The translations under genes and the position numbers were made by a program. The notes under the pieces were generated by a model, which was given only the letters and a program-made list of their open reading frames with translations, made no database searches and was not told where the DNA came from. A stretch of DNA of 63,887 bases, filler included, from Folioceros fuciformis (Eukaryota): NCBI GenBank assembly GCA_049999805.1. It is 11 parts of 11 records of this genome, joined end to end, with 100 filler letters (N's around TTAATTAATTAA, not from the genome) between each part and the next. Parts side by side here need not be neighbours in the genome. Positions count along the whole stretch, not along the records: positions 29,393 to 41,486 come from JBNGIO010003148.1; positions 41,587 to 44,566 come from JBNGIO010003149.1; positions 44,667 to 47,891 come from JBNGIO010003150.1; 8 more parts are not named here. The stretch is one strand, 5' to 3'. Shown one piece after another: positions 35,101 through 47,991 of this stretch; position 1 is the stretch's first letter, and each line of letters begins with the position of its first letter.

Positions 35101-38100
35101 ACAACGTCGAGCACCACACGAAGACCTAGACCGTTAAGTGCCTAAGGCCACACAGACAAAGGTTGAGTTCATCTCTGGATAGAACAGCATCAATAGGCCA
35201 CGCCATGACCAACACAACTGCTGACCGATTGCAGCACTAGAGGTTACACGTACTTGCACCATCTTCCTATACTCAACGATTCGGGCTGTTCCGTTTGGAT
35301 CTGTTGCGTAACTCCCATCAGGGACACCCCAATTAACAGGATCGTATCTGCGTAATTTACCCGTTCATTCAGAGGAATGAAGAAGACTGATCTTCGCTCT
35401 GCGGCATGCTCAACCATTGCTGCCTGCTATGGACGAATATGGACGACAGTAAAATAGTAGTAAGAAAAGTTCGCACCCCCAGTTAAATCCATCTTTGTCC
35501 TGTATAGCCACGACTGCAGCTTGTTGTTCTTCAGAGTCTGAAGGTAATGAACCCAATCTCTCAGCATCTGTTGCAATTCAGGAAATCGAACTGTTAGTCT
35601 ACAAGAAACTGCTTCTACGCAAATGAAGATGACCTCAACAAATATTGGGAGCAGGCTTTCACCAACAGATTGCCAGGTGGATTTTATTTCATCGACAGAC
35701 GCGAAGTCAAAGCTGGGAAGGAGATGAACGTGGGTGAGACCAGCTTTGGCCAACCGCTGGAGGTGTGCTACACCTGCACTACTCTAATCAGCAGGAGAGA
35801 TGTACGAGTCAATTACAAAGTTCAAAGGAATCAGACCGCAAAGAAAACGAAGCTAAAACGATACCGGATGCAGCTCCCGTTTCTTGCACAACACTTTTAC
35901 CAATTTCCACAAGGGTTTTACCTTTTCCGCGAATGCCAGGTACGTGCCTCTCAGGCCTGGCTGAACGCTTTCATCACTGATACTGTAACAAACCAGATAA
36001 AAACTTAGGATCCCTTCTGCATCTACAGGAGAAATTCAATAGAGATTCGCTATTTCAAAGTTGCAATCGACCTGAAGTCTCGTACGTGCAACTCGTAAAT
36101 GGCGATGTCATTAAAGCTCTCAAGCTTTGGCTTACTAGCTGCAAGGCTGTGCCATCCTTCAGGCTGGAGTGAGGCTTCTGAAAGATCAACAATGAGAGAG
36201 CACTCTCCATTGGCCGAAAGACTGGTTCAGGTGAACAAAAAAGGTCAGATTTCGCTATGCCAGACATGCTACCAACCCGTGTAAAAGATCTGCAATAAAA
36301 GCCACCACACAATTTACACTCATGTCAAGCCTCTGGACGCACATACCCTCGAGAGTATGGATCATTGGCAAAAGATTTTTCAATCCGCAACGTGGCTGGA
36401 TGAAACACGGTAACCTCGTACAAATAGTATAATCCTTTCCAGGATAAAGGCCCAACAACACTCCAAACGCCATCCTTCTCCTTCATCTGAACCAGCTTCT
36501 CCGGGTCTCCACCTGAGGGAGAAGAGTACAACAGGAGTCGAACATTCTACACATGTTCCAGTGAGATCAATGCAATAGATTCAACCTCTGATTAGGATGA
36601 CCGGAGCACCTAGTTTCAGGCATTGGGGTCACACTTAAGACGGTGCATACCTGCGCCGTAGGGGCCCACACGTGAAGGCCAACATTGCTTCCTGAAAACG
36701 TAGGTCCCAAGGTCCCATCGAATCCAAAAACATCATCAAGAACTCCTGGGAGCTGAACGCCTGAGGCATCTATAGGTGCTCCATCTCCTGCACGGGGACC
36801 CTCCTGTCAGTGAGGTATCGATGTGAACCAAGTGGGCAATAACGGCGAGGAAAAGCACTCACCGTCAACGGACGCCACCGCCAGTTGGCTCGTCACCAAC
36901 TCCCGTACCTTCTGACCGGAAGGCAATCGGAGTGCAACATAGTCTTTTATGTGAGGGAATCTCTCCAATACCTGCCCAGTGACGACGCGAAAGATAACCC
37001 TCAAATTTGCAACTTCAGGAGCGAAGAAAATACGGGCTTGTCAGAAAGGAACAGACACATATGGCGCTGACCTCGGCTGGAAGGCCACCACGATCGATTT
37101 CTAGCTTGATTTTCTTGTCGGAACCTGCAGTACCAAGACCATTAGCAAGCAAACCAGGTGGTGCAGACAGACCAACGCTTCCGCAGCATGTACCCTCACC
37201 TTCAACACCTTTGCCAGTGAGATGCAAGGCAGCTTGTTTACTGGTATGGAGATAAAATTGGGCGTTCTCCAACGAAGACGGCCAGCCAATGAGGTTTTCC
37301 GAAACCCAGAAGGCTCTTGCCATAGCCAGGTTCCCCTGCAGTCCAAAAGCTGATCAGACCATCGAAATAGCTCCTGAATACAATACCCTGCTAGGCTAAT
37401 TCTGCCGAAGAAACGGAGCCTTCGGACGTACCAGAGGAATAGATGATAAGTCAGGCTCCTCGAGGAAGACACTCGTTTGTTCCGCTACGAGCCACACAGC
37501 GTTACTGGTGGACGCATCCAGCAAACCCGAAACGTCCTGTGAAGAATTCAAATCTAAAGCCTTGCTGCCAGATGATCAAAAGCACCAAGAAGGCCAACCC
37601 TCCGTACAAACTTGTTTCCGTTGAAGCAGGCAAGGAAAGGCGGTCAAGCAATGCACCTTGTTCTCTCCTGCATGCACAAGAAAATGCACGTCGCCAGCAG
37701 ACTGTGATCGAACTTCCCAATACACACCGAAGTTGTCTGTTCCCGAAGGATGAAGAGGGCTGTGCCAGGGGGTTTGGACATCTGTGCTCCCCCAAACGTG
37801 CAACCCCCAATTTTCGTATTTCCCATCTCTCCTGAAGCAACAGCAATGCGAAACGACAGTGACATCCTGCTGGTGCCAAGGATGTGCACCTGCAAATGAA
37901 CTACCAACTCAGGATGCCTTCGTAAAATACCGGTGGTAATGAATGTAGACTGTCTTCGGTTCATCAGTTTCTTCCTGCTTGTCCTCCATGATAGCTTCCG
38001 AAAGTTTAGCCATATGAGTCTTCCCCACTCTCTCACTCTTATCTCGGCTCCTTACAAACCGAACTCCACCCTCACTCCCATCCACCTGCGGACCGCCCAA

Positions 38101-38232
38101 CGCCAAATTCTTCTTTCCCAAAGGGCCGACGCAAGGCCGAACAAGCCCACGTCCTTCAGCAACCAAGTTCGGCCTCGGGGGATACAAGCAAGAATGGGGG
38201 CACCTTGCAATGCCAAATCCGCTTGTCATCAT
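32114..38232 (-). CDS. PU1: Plastid pullulanase / limit dextrinase (GH13), many exons; start codon approximate
   Basis: Ordered exon motifs [128 protein letters not shown], ending [17 protein letters not shown] (stop 32116-32114). GT-AG introns. Confidence 0.95.
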
Positions 38233-39493
38233 AACAGCTGCGAGATCGGACAAGCGGAAGCAAGGAACCGAGAAAGGGCCCAAGCACAAGTGTCAGCAGC
38301 TTCGTCATCAATTACAATAGAGTGCTCAAAGAATCAACATTAAAGCACAAAGCCAGCGCCGAAGAAGAGGTTTCCAAGGCTGTATACACCCATACACAGT
38401 GAAGACAATCGAGTTCCTGCCCCGTCCCGCCCCGCCACGATGTGACTCAGGAGCTCCTAAATTCAGAGCTGGACAGAGCAAGCACTGGCTGCGCTCCTAC
38501 CCACATTGCTCACTGCATTCACGCCTACAGCATTCCCGTGCCTGTCACCGTGTAACAGAGCGAGGAGAACAGGGTGGTCAGAAACAAGAGCATCTAGCCT
38601 TGGAGAGCAAACAATTCAGGTACACAGGCTGGTAGGAGACTTTCTCCCATAACACATTCTGCATTCTCCATTCTGCATTTTGCAATGCTGTACGAGAACG
38701 TTCATCACAACTACACTTGCATACCATGCGATCATACGGAAACAGGGAATGCAATCAAAGCCGGTAAATTTCCGATGCCATTCAATGAGCCAATTCCAGA
38801 TGCCGGGTGACAGAAAGCTTGACCAGCGGCCCGTTTTGACGGCCATGAAAGCGTACGTGTCGGCCGTCAGCAAAGCTACTCTCAGATTTCTGGAATGGAC
38901 CAATCAGGTATCTGGGAATCACGCCATCTTAACCCTTGCTCAGCATTACCGAACACGTGCCTTCACAACTCCACGGACAACTGGGTCTCCATCTCGCGTA
39001 CACGTAAGTACATATGTACATTCAAGCCAGGTCTCCAACTTGCTTCCGCGTACGTACATACATTCAAGCCAGGTTCAATCACCGTATGTATGTACATATT
39101 TACATTGCACGTACATACCCTACATCTTCGTCTTCCGCGTGACTGCGAATCTAATTTCTTTTCCCGAAATTCTCTTCCCTCCGCACTGCCATAGGCGTAA
39201 GCTCAGTCCTAAATTAAGAAGAAATTTGCGTCATGGTTGGGATTACATGCTCCTTTCCATATCCTCGCTTTACATGTCTGGTGTCTCCGAGGTGTTCACC
39301 ACCATATTGGCCTTGTCCACCGGATTGCTTTGGAGCCCCTTATTTGAGAACATAGCTTCATTTCCCCCGAATACGTTTTCCTCTAAGACTCCTATTATCT
39401 GGTGCACAAAGCCTTGAATTCAATCCATTTCCGTGTATTTCGCATATTGCATGTCTTCAGGCATGAACACACAAGAGGTAAGTAACAAACAAC

Positions 39494-41268
39494 TTTTTTT
39501 TTTTTTAAGACATGGTTAGTTCCATCTACTCCAAAGATTGGAGGAACAACCCCATTAGGGCCAAAGGCAAAAAGAGGTACTCTCCAATATCATTTTAAAA
39601 AACTACCTATTGCTCCCAAAATGTAATGATGTGGAATAACAAAAGGCCTACCTACCTCTAGTGCCGAAGAAGCCGCTTGACCTGCGCTTGTTGCTGTTCT
39701 AAAAACTACAATGGCCAATACTTATTGCAAAGCAATGGATACACGTTGTTGAAAGAAGGCCACCACAGAGGAAAGAAGGAGAATACCATTCCTATTGCTC
39801 TTATAAACCTTGGTGCACTCCTTGATAAACCTTGAAAAGTCCTTGCCCATAGCTCCATGAGTCTCAAGAGCAAGGGGGATGAAAGTATGCCCGTCTTGCA
39901 AGGGAGAATACTTATGGACTTTGGCACTTGCACAACCCTCTGCTGCCCAACCAGGGGGTTGATGATGACGTGCTCACAAATCGAATTCCTAGTGGGATCC
40001 GTAACAACCACATCAGCAACACAAACCTGTTCTCCCATAGTGAAGAAAAGGTTGGCTCTACGTGAAACCCCATTGCGCAAAGTATATGAACGCTCCCTAT
40101 ACGGAAGAAACCCACACTCCCTAGCCATTGACAACATGACATCCCAAACTGCATCATGAGTGGAAATGCGGTCCCCCCCAACGGGACAACATGCCAAATA
40201 AGACCCTGTATCGATAATGGCAACCCCACAACTGCATGTAGAGAGAGAAAAAGCCAAGAAGTGGGCCAAACCTAAGCGAAATCTCATCGCGGTGGCGAAA
40301 GTTGCTGGTGCGATTCGAAACGCTTGGATGCAAGGTCGAGCTAAAAGCCGAGAGCCCGCTCCTTTACCTGAACAAGATCGAATACGAGTTCAAGAAGACC
40401 TAGGGATGGATGAGTCTAAAAGAAGGGTTCTTAGTGCTTGGCCATATTGCTCTTCTAGGAGGCAGGCACCCTTCAACCCTTCCCTAGACAAGGAGGTGAA
40501 AGAAGGAAGAGCCTCACAAGCCTCCAAAGGTAGAGAATCCCTCGCTTGCCTAAGAGGCACCTGTAAAGGGAAAACGCGTTCCTCAACACCTGAAATAAAA
40601 CTTTCAAGAACAGGGGAATCTTGTAGCAAAAAATAAGACGCCAAAATTAGAGCCCATAGGGCCCAGCTGCCGAGAAAGGCAACTAGGGCAGAGACCTCCA
40701 TGGCCAAAAGACCAACCCCTCCAAAGGCGACTGGCAAAGAAGCCTGCTTATGAGCCAAATCAGCGACAGCGCACTCGAAGGTGCCCTGACCTATGATTTC
40801 CCAAGAGCCTGCATAACTTCATAGTCAAACTTCCTGAGACTTGATAAGAAAAATGGAGAAGGCGCAACAGTTCTAGTGAGGTAACCTGGTCGCCGTGCAA
40901 AACAAGAAAAAAGGATACCAAACGCAATATGAGGATCATCGATTTGTGAGAGGTCCATGATATGAGCCAAATCTTAATCCAATGCTTCATCCACAAACCT
41001 ATGAAAAAAATCAAGAGGTCCCACAGGCACACACAAGACTTGAAGTCCCTACGAGGGGGTGATATCCCCCCCCAAATATTGAAGGGGGGGGGGGAGTGAT
41101 GCTTGAAGAGGACCAAACCTTGCCCAAGAATATGAGTGTCATCAGCCATGGAAGGGAAAAGGCATTCCCGAAATATTAAGGCAGTAGAGGACAACGCACG
41201 AAAATGCGCCATTGCAAAAAGAGCACCCCCTAGCAGATCCCCTTGCCTTGTGCCTGTTGCTGAATCAA
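39494..41268 (-). mobile_element. 5'-truncated, degenerate non-LTR retrotransposon with RT and a restriction-like endonuclease (CRE/RLE type)
   Basis: SATGTRQGDLLGGALFAMAHFRAL...LFPSMADDTHI (RT), QASLPVAFGGVGL, then CSCG...C..GGDRISTHDAV...RRANL...VADVVVTDP (zinc knuckle plus RLE). Poly(A) on the minus strand at 39494-39506. Confidence 0.8.
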
Positions 41269-42055
41269 AAACTTATTAACGCGCAGTCGTTTTTACACAC
41301 ACGCCAGTAAACTTGAGTTTTAGGGCACGTTTCGCTAGGGCTGATATAAGAAAACAGTTTAAGCAGTTTAAGTAGTTTTATTAAAACAGTTATATAGCAG
41401 CAGTTACGAACCGCTTTATGTAAGCCTATATAAGGGCACTTAATACCCCTTTCTAATATGAGATTATTACTATTACCGTATCTACANNNNNNNNNNNNNN
41501 NNNNNNNNNNNNNNNNNNNNNNNNNNNNNNTTAATTAATTAANNNNNNNNNNNNNNNNNNNNNNNNNNNNNNNNNNNNNNNNNNNNACCCAAGAGGGGAG
41601 TGTGTTCCCTTCTTCCTTTTGTTTGGGGTTAGTCTAGTGACTCTTGCCGGGTAGGAGGAGTCCGTAGGGAAGTGTAGAAGGTAGTGGTGTCGTTGCTGGT
41701 TGCTGGTAGTTGTTGGTGTTGGTGCTGGAGCGAGAGAGTGAGTGAAGTGTGTGAGGGAAGTCGCAGGTCTGAGAGGTTAGAGTCGTTGTAGTGACTGGAG
41801 TGAGTTTGTGGGCACCGAGAGAGGTGCAGCTGACCGCCGGACAGCGAGGCCTGTCCTACGCCTGATCGGAGCTGAAGGAGAGCCCTCGAATCCATCATCG
41901 AGTCGATCAAGTCCGACCCTCCATCCACAGCAGCAAGGAACCCCATCGCTCCTTCGTGGGAACGAAACCCAATGTCTCAACGACAGTGGGATAAGTGTGG
42001 CCACTAAAGGTGGAACCCATTGGCAATCAGTGCCCGAGGTTTTGCCTCCACAATT

Positions 42056-42476
42056 GCTCTATAAGCATAGGAAGCATCTTGAACTAACAGGATATACAGA
42101 TGCTGATTGGGTTGGTTGTGCGTATGACAGAAGATCAACCAGTGGATATGCATTCAGTCTAGGAAGTAGTATGATCAGTTGGCAAAGCAAGAAACAACCG
42201 ACAATTGCTTTGTCAAGCACAGAAACAGAGTATTGAGGAGCTGCAATGGCAGCCTGTGAAGCAGCTTGGTTGCAGAAGTTGCTACATGATCTTGGAAATA
42301 TAGTGAACAGCAAGGTCACATTCTACTGTGACAACATGAGTAGCATGAGGTTGGCTACTATGTGAAGACCGAAGACTAGGTAGCAGGTATCTTTACTAAG
42401 TCGCTAGGTAGAGATAAGTTCTTACACTTTCGTGAACTGCTTGGAGTGTTACAAATAGTCTGAGCTTGAGGCAGAG
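42056..42476 (+). mobile_element. Copia RNase H fragment followed by PPT and a probable 3' LTR
   Basis: [62 protein letters not shown], then a purine tract GAGGCAGAGG ahead of GTTAGAAATCAAGCTC. Confidence 0.85.
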
Positions 42477-42864
42477 GGTTAGAAATCAAGCTCTAGCTGA
42501 ATTGTTATTAAGAGCATACAACACTTAGGATAGTGTAGATTATCCCATATTGAACTCGTAGTTATCTACCACCTAAGTGTTATCAGGATATACCAGGTTA
42601 TTGCACCTTCGAGACTAAGGCTTACCTTATCGAGGGTTGCCCCGCTTGAAGGCTATATATGTAGCATCCTGTGCACCATAAGGTATGTATTGTGGAGTCC
42701 ATCTAAGCTAGTGGTGTTGTTTCAACAACGATCCGGGTTGGACCTGCATAATGTGTCTGATACACTCGGGTGGCTCCCCCTGCATGTTAACGCACATCAT
42801 CTTGGTCTTGCTCCAGTTCACGTTGCACCCTGATAGCTAACCAAATATCTGTACCTGGGAGAGC

Positions 42865-43384
42865 AAGGCTGTTACGGATGTCGTATCAGCAAATGAGAAT
42901 AACAAGGTATCATCAGCGAAGGTCGAGATAAGCAGATGCGAGCCATTCGGATTCTAAATGTTCTCAATCCTTGAGTCCTGCTTGATTGCTCGCAAAAGAA
43001 AATCAATGACAATTATGAACAGGAACGGGGCCAGAGGGCATCCTTGACGTACCGACCTCTTGATATCAAACCTGTCGGTAAAGGAGTCGTTCACAGAGAC
43101 CATTGCGCCTGCATCCTCCTAGAGAATTGCGATCCATCTGCAGAAGTTAATACCTAGCCCAAAACTTCTCACACATCTCCAAAGGAAGTGCCATTCAACC
43201 AAATCATAAGCCTTATAGAAATCTAAGGAGATAAACATTGCCGGCTTGTGTTGAGATAGGGCATTAAACTTAGCCTCATGCAAAAGCAGCAGGTTATCTA
43301 GAATACACCTGTTCTAGATGAACCTCCGTTGCTCCACCTCCAGCCAGTCATCCAAGAAGGGCTTGAGCCTGTTCGCTAAAATAT
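42865..43384 (-). mobile_element. L1-clade LINE reverse transcriptase fragment (degenerate)
   Basis: Hand translation LANRLKPFL...EQRRFI*NRCILDN...SLDFYKAYDLVEW...RSVRQGCPLAPFLF...STFADDT. Confidence 0.88.
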
Positions 43385-44566
43385 TGCACCCGGGGGTGCT
43401 GCGAGGTCCACACAAACCCTTTTTGTCGTTATAGCATTGGGATTCGATCCCAAGGGAATGATTTGGGTTAAATAACACAGGTTGTCTCACAAAGTTAGTT
43501 ACTACCCCAGGTCAGTCTCGCACGGCTACTATTACCACCTATCCGGCCACCTTGATCTGACCGCGACTCCACTACCACCATTGCCCCCTCAACTACCTTA
43601 TCCCCGGGCTACCTTGTGACCGGCCCGGCTACTCTGTCGCCCCTATGGCTACTACTACCCTCGGCTACTTCCGTTTCTCCCTTGGCAACGGTTGCCCAAC
43701 CGGCCACCTCAGTGGGGTCCACACACTCTCTCTTTCTTTCTCTAACTCACACCTTCTCTCTCTCCCTCTCTCTCTCTCTCTTTGTACTCCCTCTCTCTAC
43801 TTACCGCACGGCTTACTTTTCCGGCTTGTGCCTCCTAATGGTCGAGACCCGTTGCGGATCTCTCTCCCTTACTGGCGATCTGCCTTTCCTCACGACACAC
43901 ACCCTTCCATCCACTCATGCCTACTCACTACCCCTCTTAGGGGTCGAAGGCGCTCAATACACACACAGACACGAACCTACACATACCTACCCGGCTCTCA
44001 ACCAGTCAACGCGCCCTCCTCCACTGTCGCGTTCTGCTCATAACCCCAGGTCAGACTTCTCACGTCCACTTGCGTGTCCCTGTGCTTCAGTCACTTACAC
44101 ACCTATCAACTTCTCTTCACCTCATTGCATCTTGTCACAGCATGTGGGGGAAAATATTGTACCTGGGGGTACCGCGAGGTCCACACAAACTGTGAACCTC
44201 CAAAGTTTGGGGTAGTAGTTTGTTTTGGTTGAAAAAGAGTTAATAGTGGTATGGTTTGGTTTTCTTTTTCAACTTATTTTCCCTAATGTTCCTTGATTTT
44301 CTGGTCATTTTTCCTATTTTTCTTTGTGCTAATTAGATTAATTGACAGGAAATAGTTGGTCTGGTTATAAGAGTGGGTATAGGTTTGGTCCCGGACCTGG
44401 GGAGGTTTAGGTTCGGTACCAGGCCATAGGGTTGGGTGATTAGTTTAATATTAATTAAAGATATATAATATTAAATGATTAAATAATAACATAATAATAT
44501 TAAATAATAAAAATAATATAATAATGGTTTGAACATAAGAACGGGTATCTGGGTATGTCAGTGTCA
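43378..44566 (+). repeat. Two adjacent or nested copies of a non-coding repeat family (starts ~43378 and ~44143), related to 55677-56226
   Basis: Both start AAAATATTG-[palindrome]-(C/T)GCGAGGTCCACACAAAC. The first continues ...gggattcg.tcccaag.gaatgatttg, as does the reverse complement of 56212-56125. Confidence 0.7.
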
Positions 44567-44829
44567 NNNNNNNNNNNNNNNNNNNNNNNNNNNNNNNNNN
44601 NNNNNNNNNNTTAATTAATTAANNNNNNNNNNNNNNNNNNNNNNNNNNNNNNNNNNNNNNNNNNNNGGCGCTCACTACTGTCATGCTGGAGCAAGGGATT
44701 GACTGATTTTGCCTGAGATCTGAAGCAATTTATTGAATTTCTTCTTTGCTACCAATCGGCAGTTAAAACGGTTATTTGGCTCCTCCCCTGCCATCTAAAA
44801 AATATCCAATGAACACTTTTATTAGTTTT

Positions 44830-47800
44830 TTAGGGCACGTTTTTCAGAACTTAGGATAGTTTTCCTAATTAGGGCACCTTTCACATTCATTTATATAGTC
44901 ACTTAGATCTGAATGGCCACATAGGTTTTTTGACATACCTTCTTGTTAGTTTGCAATTGCTTGTTGCATTCCTTCCCTTGTCGCACTTCTCTTCATCCTC
45001 CTGCAAACACACAGACATGGCCGCACCTACTTTTACATCTGATCTTAAGCATAAAGACAGATTTAACGGCACTAGGTATGACATATGGAGTGTTAGAATG
45101 AAATCAACCTTGCTTTCTCGTGGAGTCTGGAAGGTGGTTGATGGATCTAATCCGAAGCTAGGCACTCCATCTAATCCTACAACAACAAGAGCTACAGTTA
45201 CCGAAGCACAGAAGGATACATGGGATAACCTGAATAGAATTGCCATGGCCTTGCTTGTTAATGGGCTTGATTCAGATCTTGTCCCCGAAGTAGAGTTCCT
45301 CACCAATGCTAAGGCAATTTGGGATGAGCTTGCAGGAACCTACAAAGTTGAAACTATGAAAGCTTATGTGCAGTAAGGCAGCAATTTTATACCTTGCGCA
45401 TGAAGGAAGGAGATTCTGTTGCAGCATTCACCAGTCGATTTCAGCATTTGCATGCTGTCGTGCTCCTGGTATCAGCTGTTGTGAGCACTTCAATTCAGTC
45501 CATCAGCTGCAAGGCTAATGTCTTGTGCACTCAAAAAAAAAGAGAACAAAAAGATTGTCCATGCCTTAAGATGTTAGGCTGCTCACATGCGCCATAGCTC
45601 ACTCCGTGTCGTAAAGCTGCAAAAAGGGGACTGCCCTCGTCGGGCTGCCCAGAGTTGGTAAGTCACTAGCGGGATGCCACCATCTCCCTTACACCCTCAA
45701 TCTGCATAGCTCTTCCTTTCATAGATGGCTAGTGAACAGCAAAAAAAGGTTTAGGTCGTCCGGTGGTTCCTCTCATGAGCGACTTCGACAACTACCTTTT
45801 TCCTCGCTGTGTTTAGTTTTTATGTTTGGTGCCCCTCCAAGCAGTTTTCCATGGGCTGTATGAGCCCACGTGCTTCTAGTGGGCAAGTAGCCATGGCTAG
45901 TATTTTAGCCATTTACCTAATTTAGGTTGAGTTAGTTTAATCACCTATTATCTAATCAATTGAATTCCACTAAACTATCACGTTCACCATGATGCTCTAC
46001 TATAAGTCCATTTTTGCCACAATTTCACGACAATGCGCAAATGGCTGCTCTTGGCACAACTATGCAAGAAGTTGATATGATGGCTCAGCTTCTCACCAGC
46101 CTGCCTCCTAATTACCAAACATTTGTCACTACACGGAACGGTCCCATTCGAACTGCTGGCCAGAATGTCAAGCTCACAAATGTTATTGGGGCTCTTTACC
46201 AAGAGGAGATGAGCTGCCATATGTCATCAAGGGGACAGTGTTCTAAAACAGACAAAGTATTTTCTGCGACAAGAGGAGGTCGTTTCAACACAAGAGGTAG
46301 AGGGAGAGGTCAATCACCTGCTCAGCGCAACATTACCAATCCTTCCACTTCAAAGAGACAAGGTAACTGCAATTGGTGTGGGACTCCTGGGCATTGGGCC
46401 AGAGAGTGCAGAAAGAAGAAAGCCGGGGAGCCTCAGCGGGCAATACCTCAACCTGCAACTGCACACGCCACATCACAATCCAGAGATAAGGTTTCAGAAC
46501 CTTAGTCTAGTAAGCCAGTAGTAAAAATCTTGACAGCTTGCTTGAGCACTTACATGAGTGAGGTAGACAGTTGGTACCTTGATAGTGGTGCCACAACTCA
46601 CATTTGTCGTGACGAGTCCCACTTCACTAGCTTGACGCTTACCAGTATCTCTGAAAAAGTTTTCTTGGGTGATGAATCCAGCTCCAGCAGTCTGCACATA
46701 CTTGGTAGAGGAGTATGTAAGCTCCCACTTCATGATGATACCATCTTAGTTTTACCAGACATTCTCTATGTGCCTAAGATGGCCAAAAATCTGATGTCCC
46801 TTAGTAGGATAATGCAAATGAAGGATTTGATACTTACAGTCTTAGAAACCACTTGTTGCTTTGCCCGTCGCAGCTCCCCTTCTCACTGCATTTTTCAAGT
46901 TGTCCTAGAATCAGAACTGTATCGTCTGGACATCACCTGCATTTGTCGTGAACAAGTTAATTCTACAACTATTGGTCCTTTAACAACGGACCAACATGCC
47001 AGACTTTGGCACGCCTGCCTGGGGCATGCAAATCGTTCTAAACTTGTTGATCTATCTAAGTAGGACTGTTACAAGGAGCCCCTCCCTCGCTGTTTTAAAG
47101 ATCTGCCAATTTGTAAAGTATGTGCTTTGGCAAAACAACGGGAGACACCCTTTCCTACAGCTCCTGCATTTCAATCCACAGCAGTTTTGGAGTTAGTACA
47201 TGCAAACAACAGTGGGAGACTTCAAGAACGATCTCTTGGTGGAGCACAATATTACTTTACCCTTACTGATGACTACAGCAGATATACATGGACTTACCTT
47301 GTGGAGCACAAGAGTGACACCTTTCTTTTCTTTCAAGATTGGTTGCTGGTTGTTCAAAGGCAGACTTGTCGCATGCTGAAGGTGTTACACACCGACAATG
47401 GAGGGGAGTTCACGAGCTTCGCCTTTGAGCATTTCCTGGAGACATAAGGCATTATCCATCAGCTAATAGTTCCATACACGCAACAACAGAATGGCGTTGC
47501 GAAAAGAAAAAATCAGACACTGATGGAAATGACGCGATCTATGCTTTTGTGGTCTGGATTACCTAATCCTTTCTGGGCTGAAGCTGTAGTCACGGCTACC
47601 TACATATTGAATCGTCTTACCTCTCATTCTGTTTCTGGTGGCACACCTTTTCAACTATTTTGGAATCGAAAGCCGAGTATTTTACACCTACGTATTTTTG
47701 GCTCTTGCGCTTTCGCTTATGTGTCTGCAGAGAAGAGACGGAAGCTTGATAATTGTTCAAGACGATTGATTTTTGTAGGCTACAATGAAGTGACTAAGGA

Positions 47801-47891
47801 CTATAAACTTCTGGACACTCAAACAATGTAGCCAGTGGTAGCTTGCAGTGTTACCTTTATTGAGAATTTGATTCCTTTATCAGCTGATTCC
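44830..47891 (+). mobile_element. Degenerate Ty1/Copia element (gag-PR-IN), related to the 49419-53879 element; truncated by gaps
   Basis: KDRFNGTRYDIWSVRMK, CNWCGTPGHWAREC, WYLDSGATTH, LWHACLGH, LTDDYSRYTW, TDNGGEF; several stops. Confidence 0.92.
45456..46032. mobile_element. 577-bp solo-LTR-like insertion in Copia gag with a 4-bp TSD
   Basis: Ends TGTCGTG...CACGACA (7-bp inverted repeat) flanked by ATGC at 45452-45455 and 46033-46036. Removal restores gag ...RFQHLHAQMAALG. Confidence 0.85.
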
Positions 47892-47991
47892 NNNNNNNNN
47901 NNNNNNNNNNNNNNNNNNNNNNNNNNNNNNNNNNNTTAATTAATTAANNNNNNNNNNNNNNNNNNNNNNNNNNNNNNNNNNNNNNNNNNNN

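Noticed and set aside
38680-39417. 245-aa ORF upstream of the pullulanase
   Set aside because: Non-ATG start, includes a simple TACGTACA-rich repeat, and has no domain signal.
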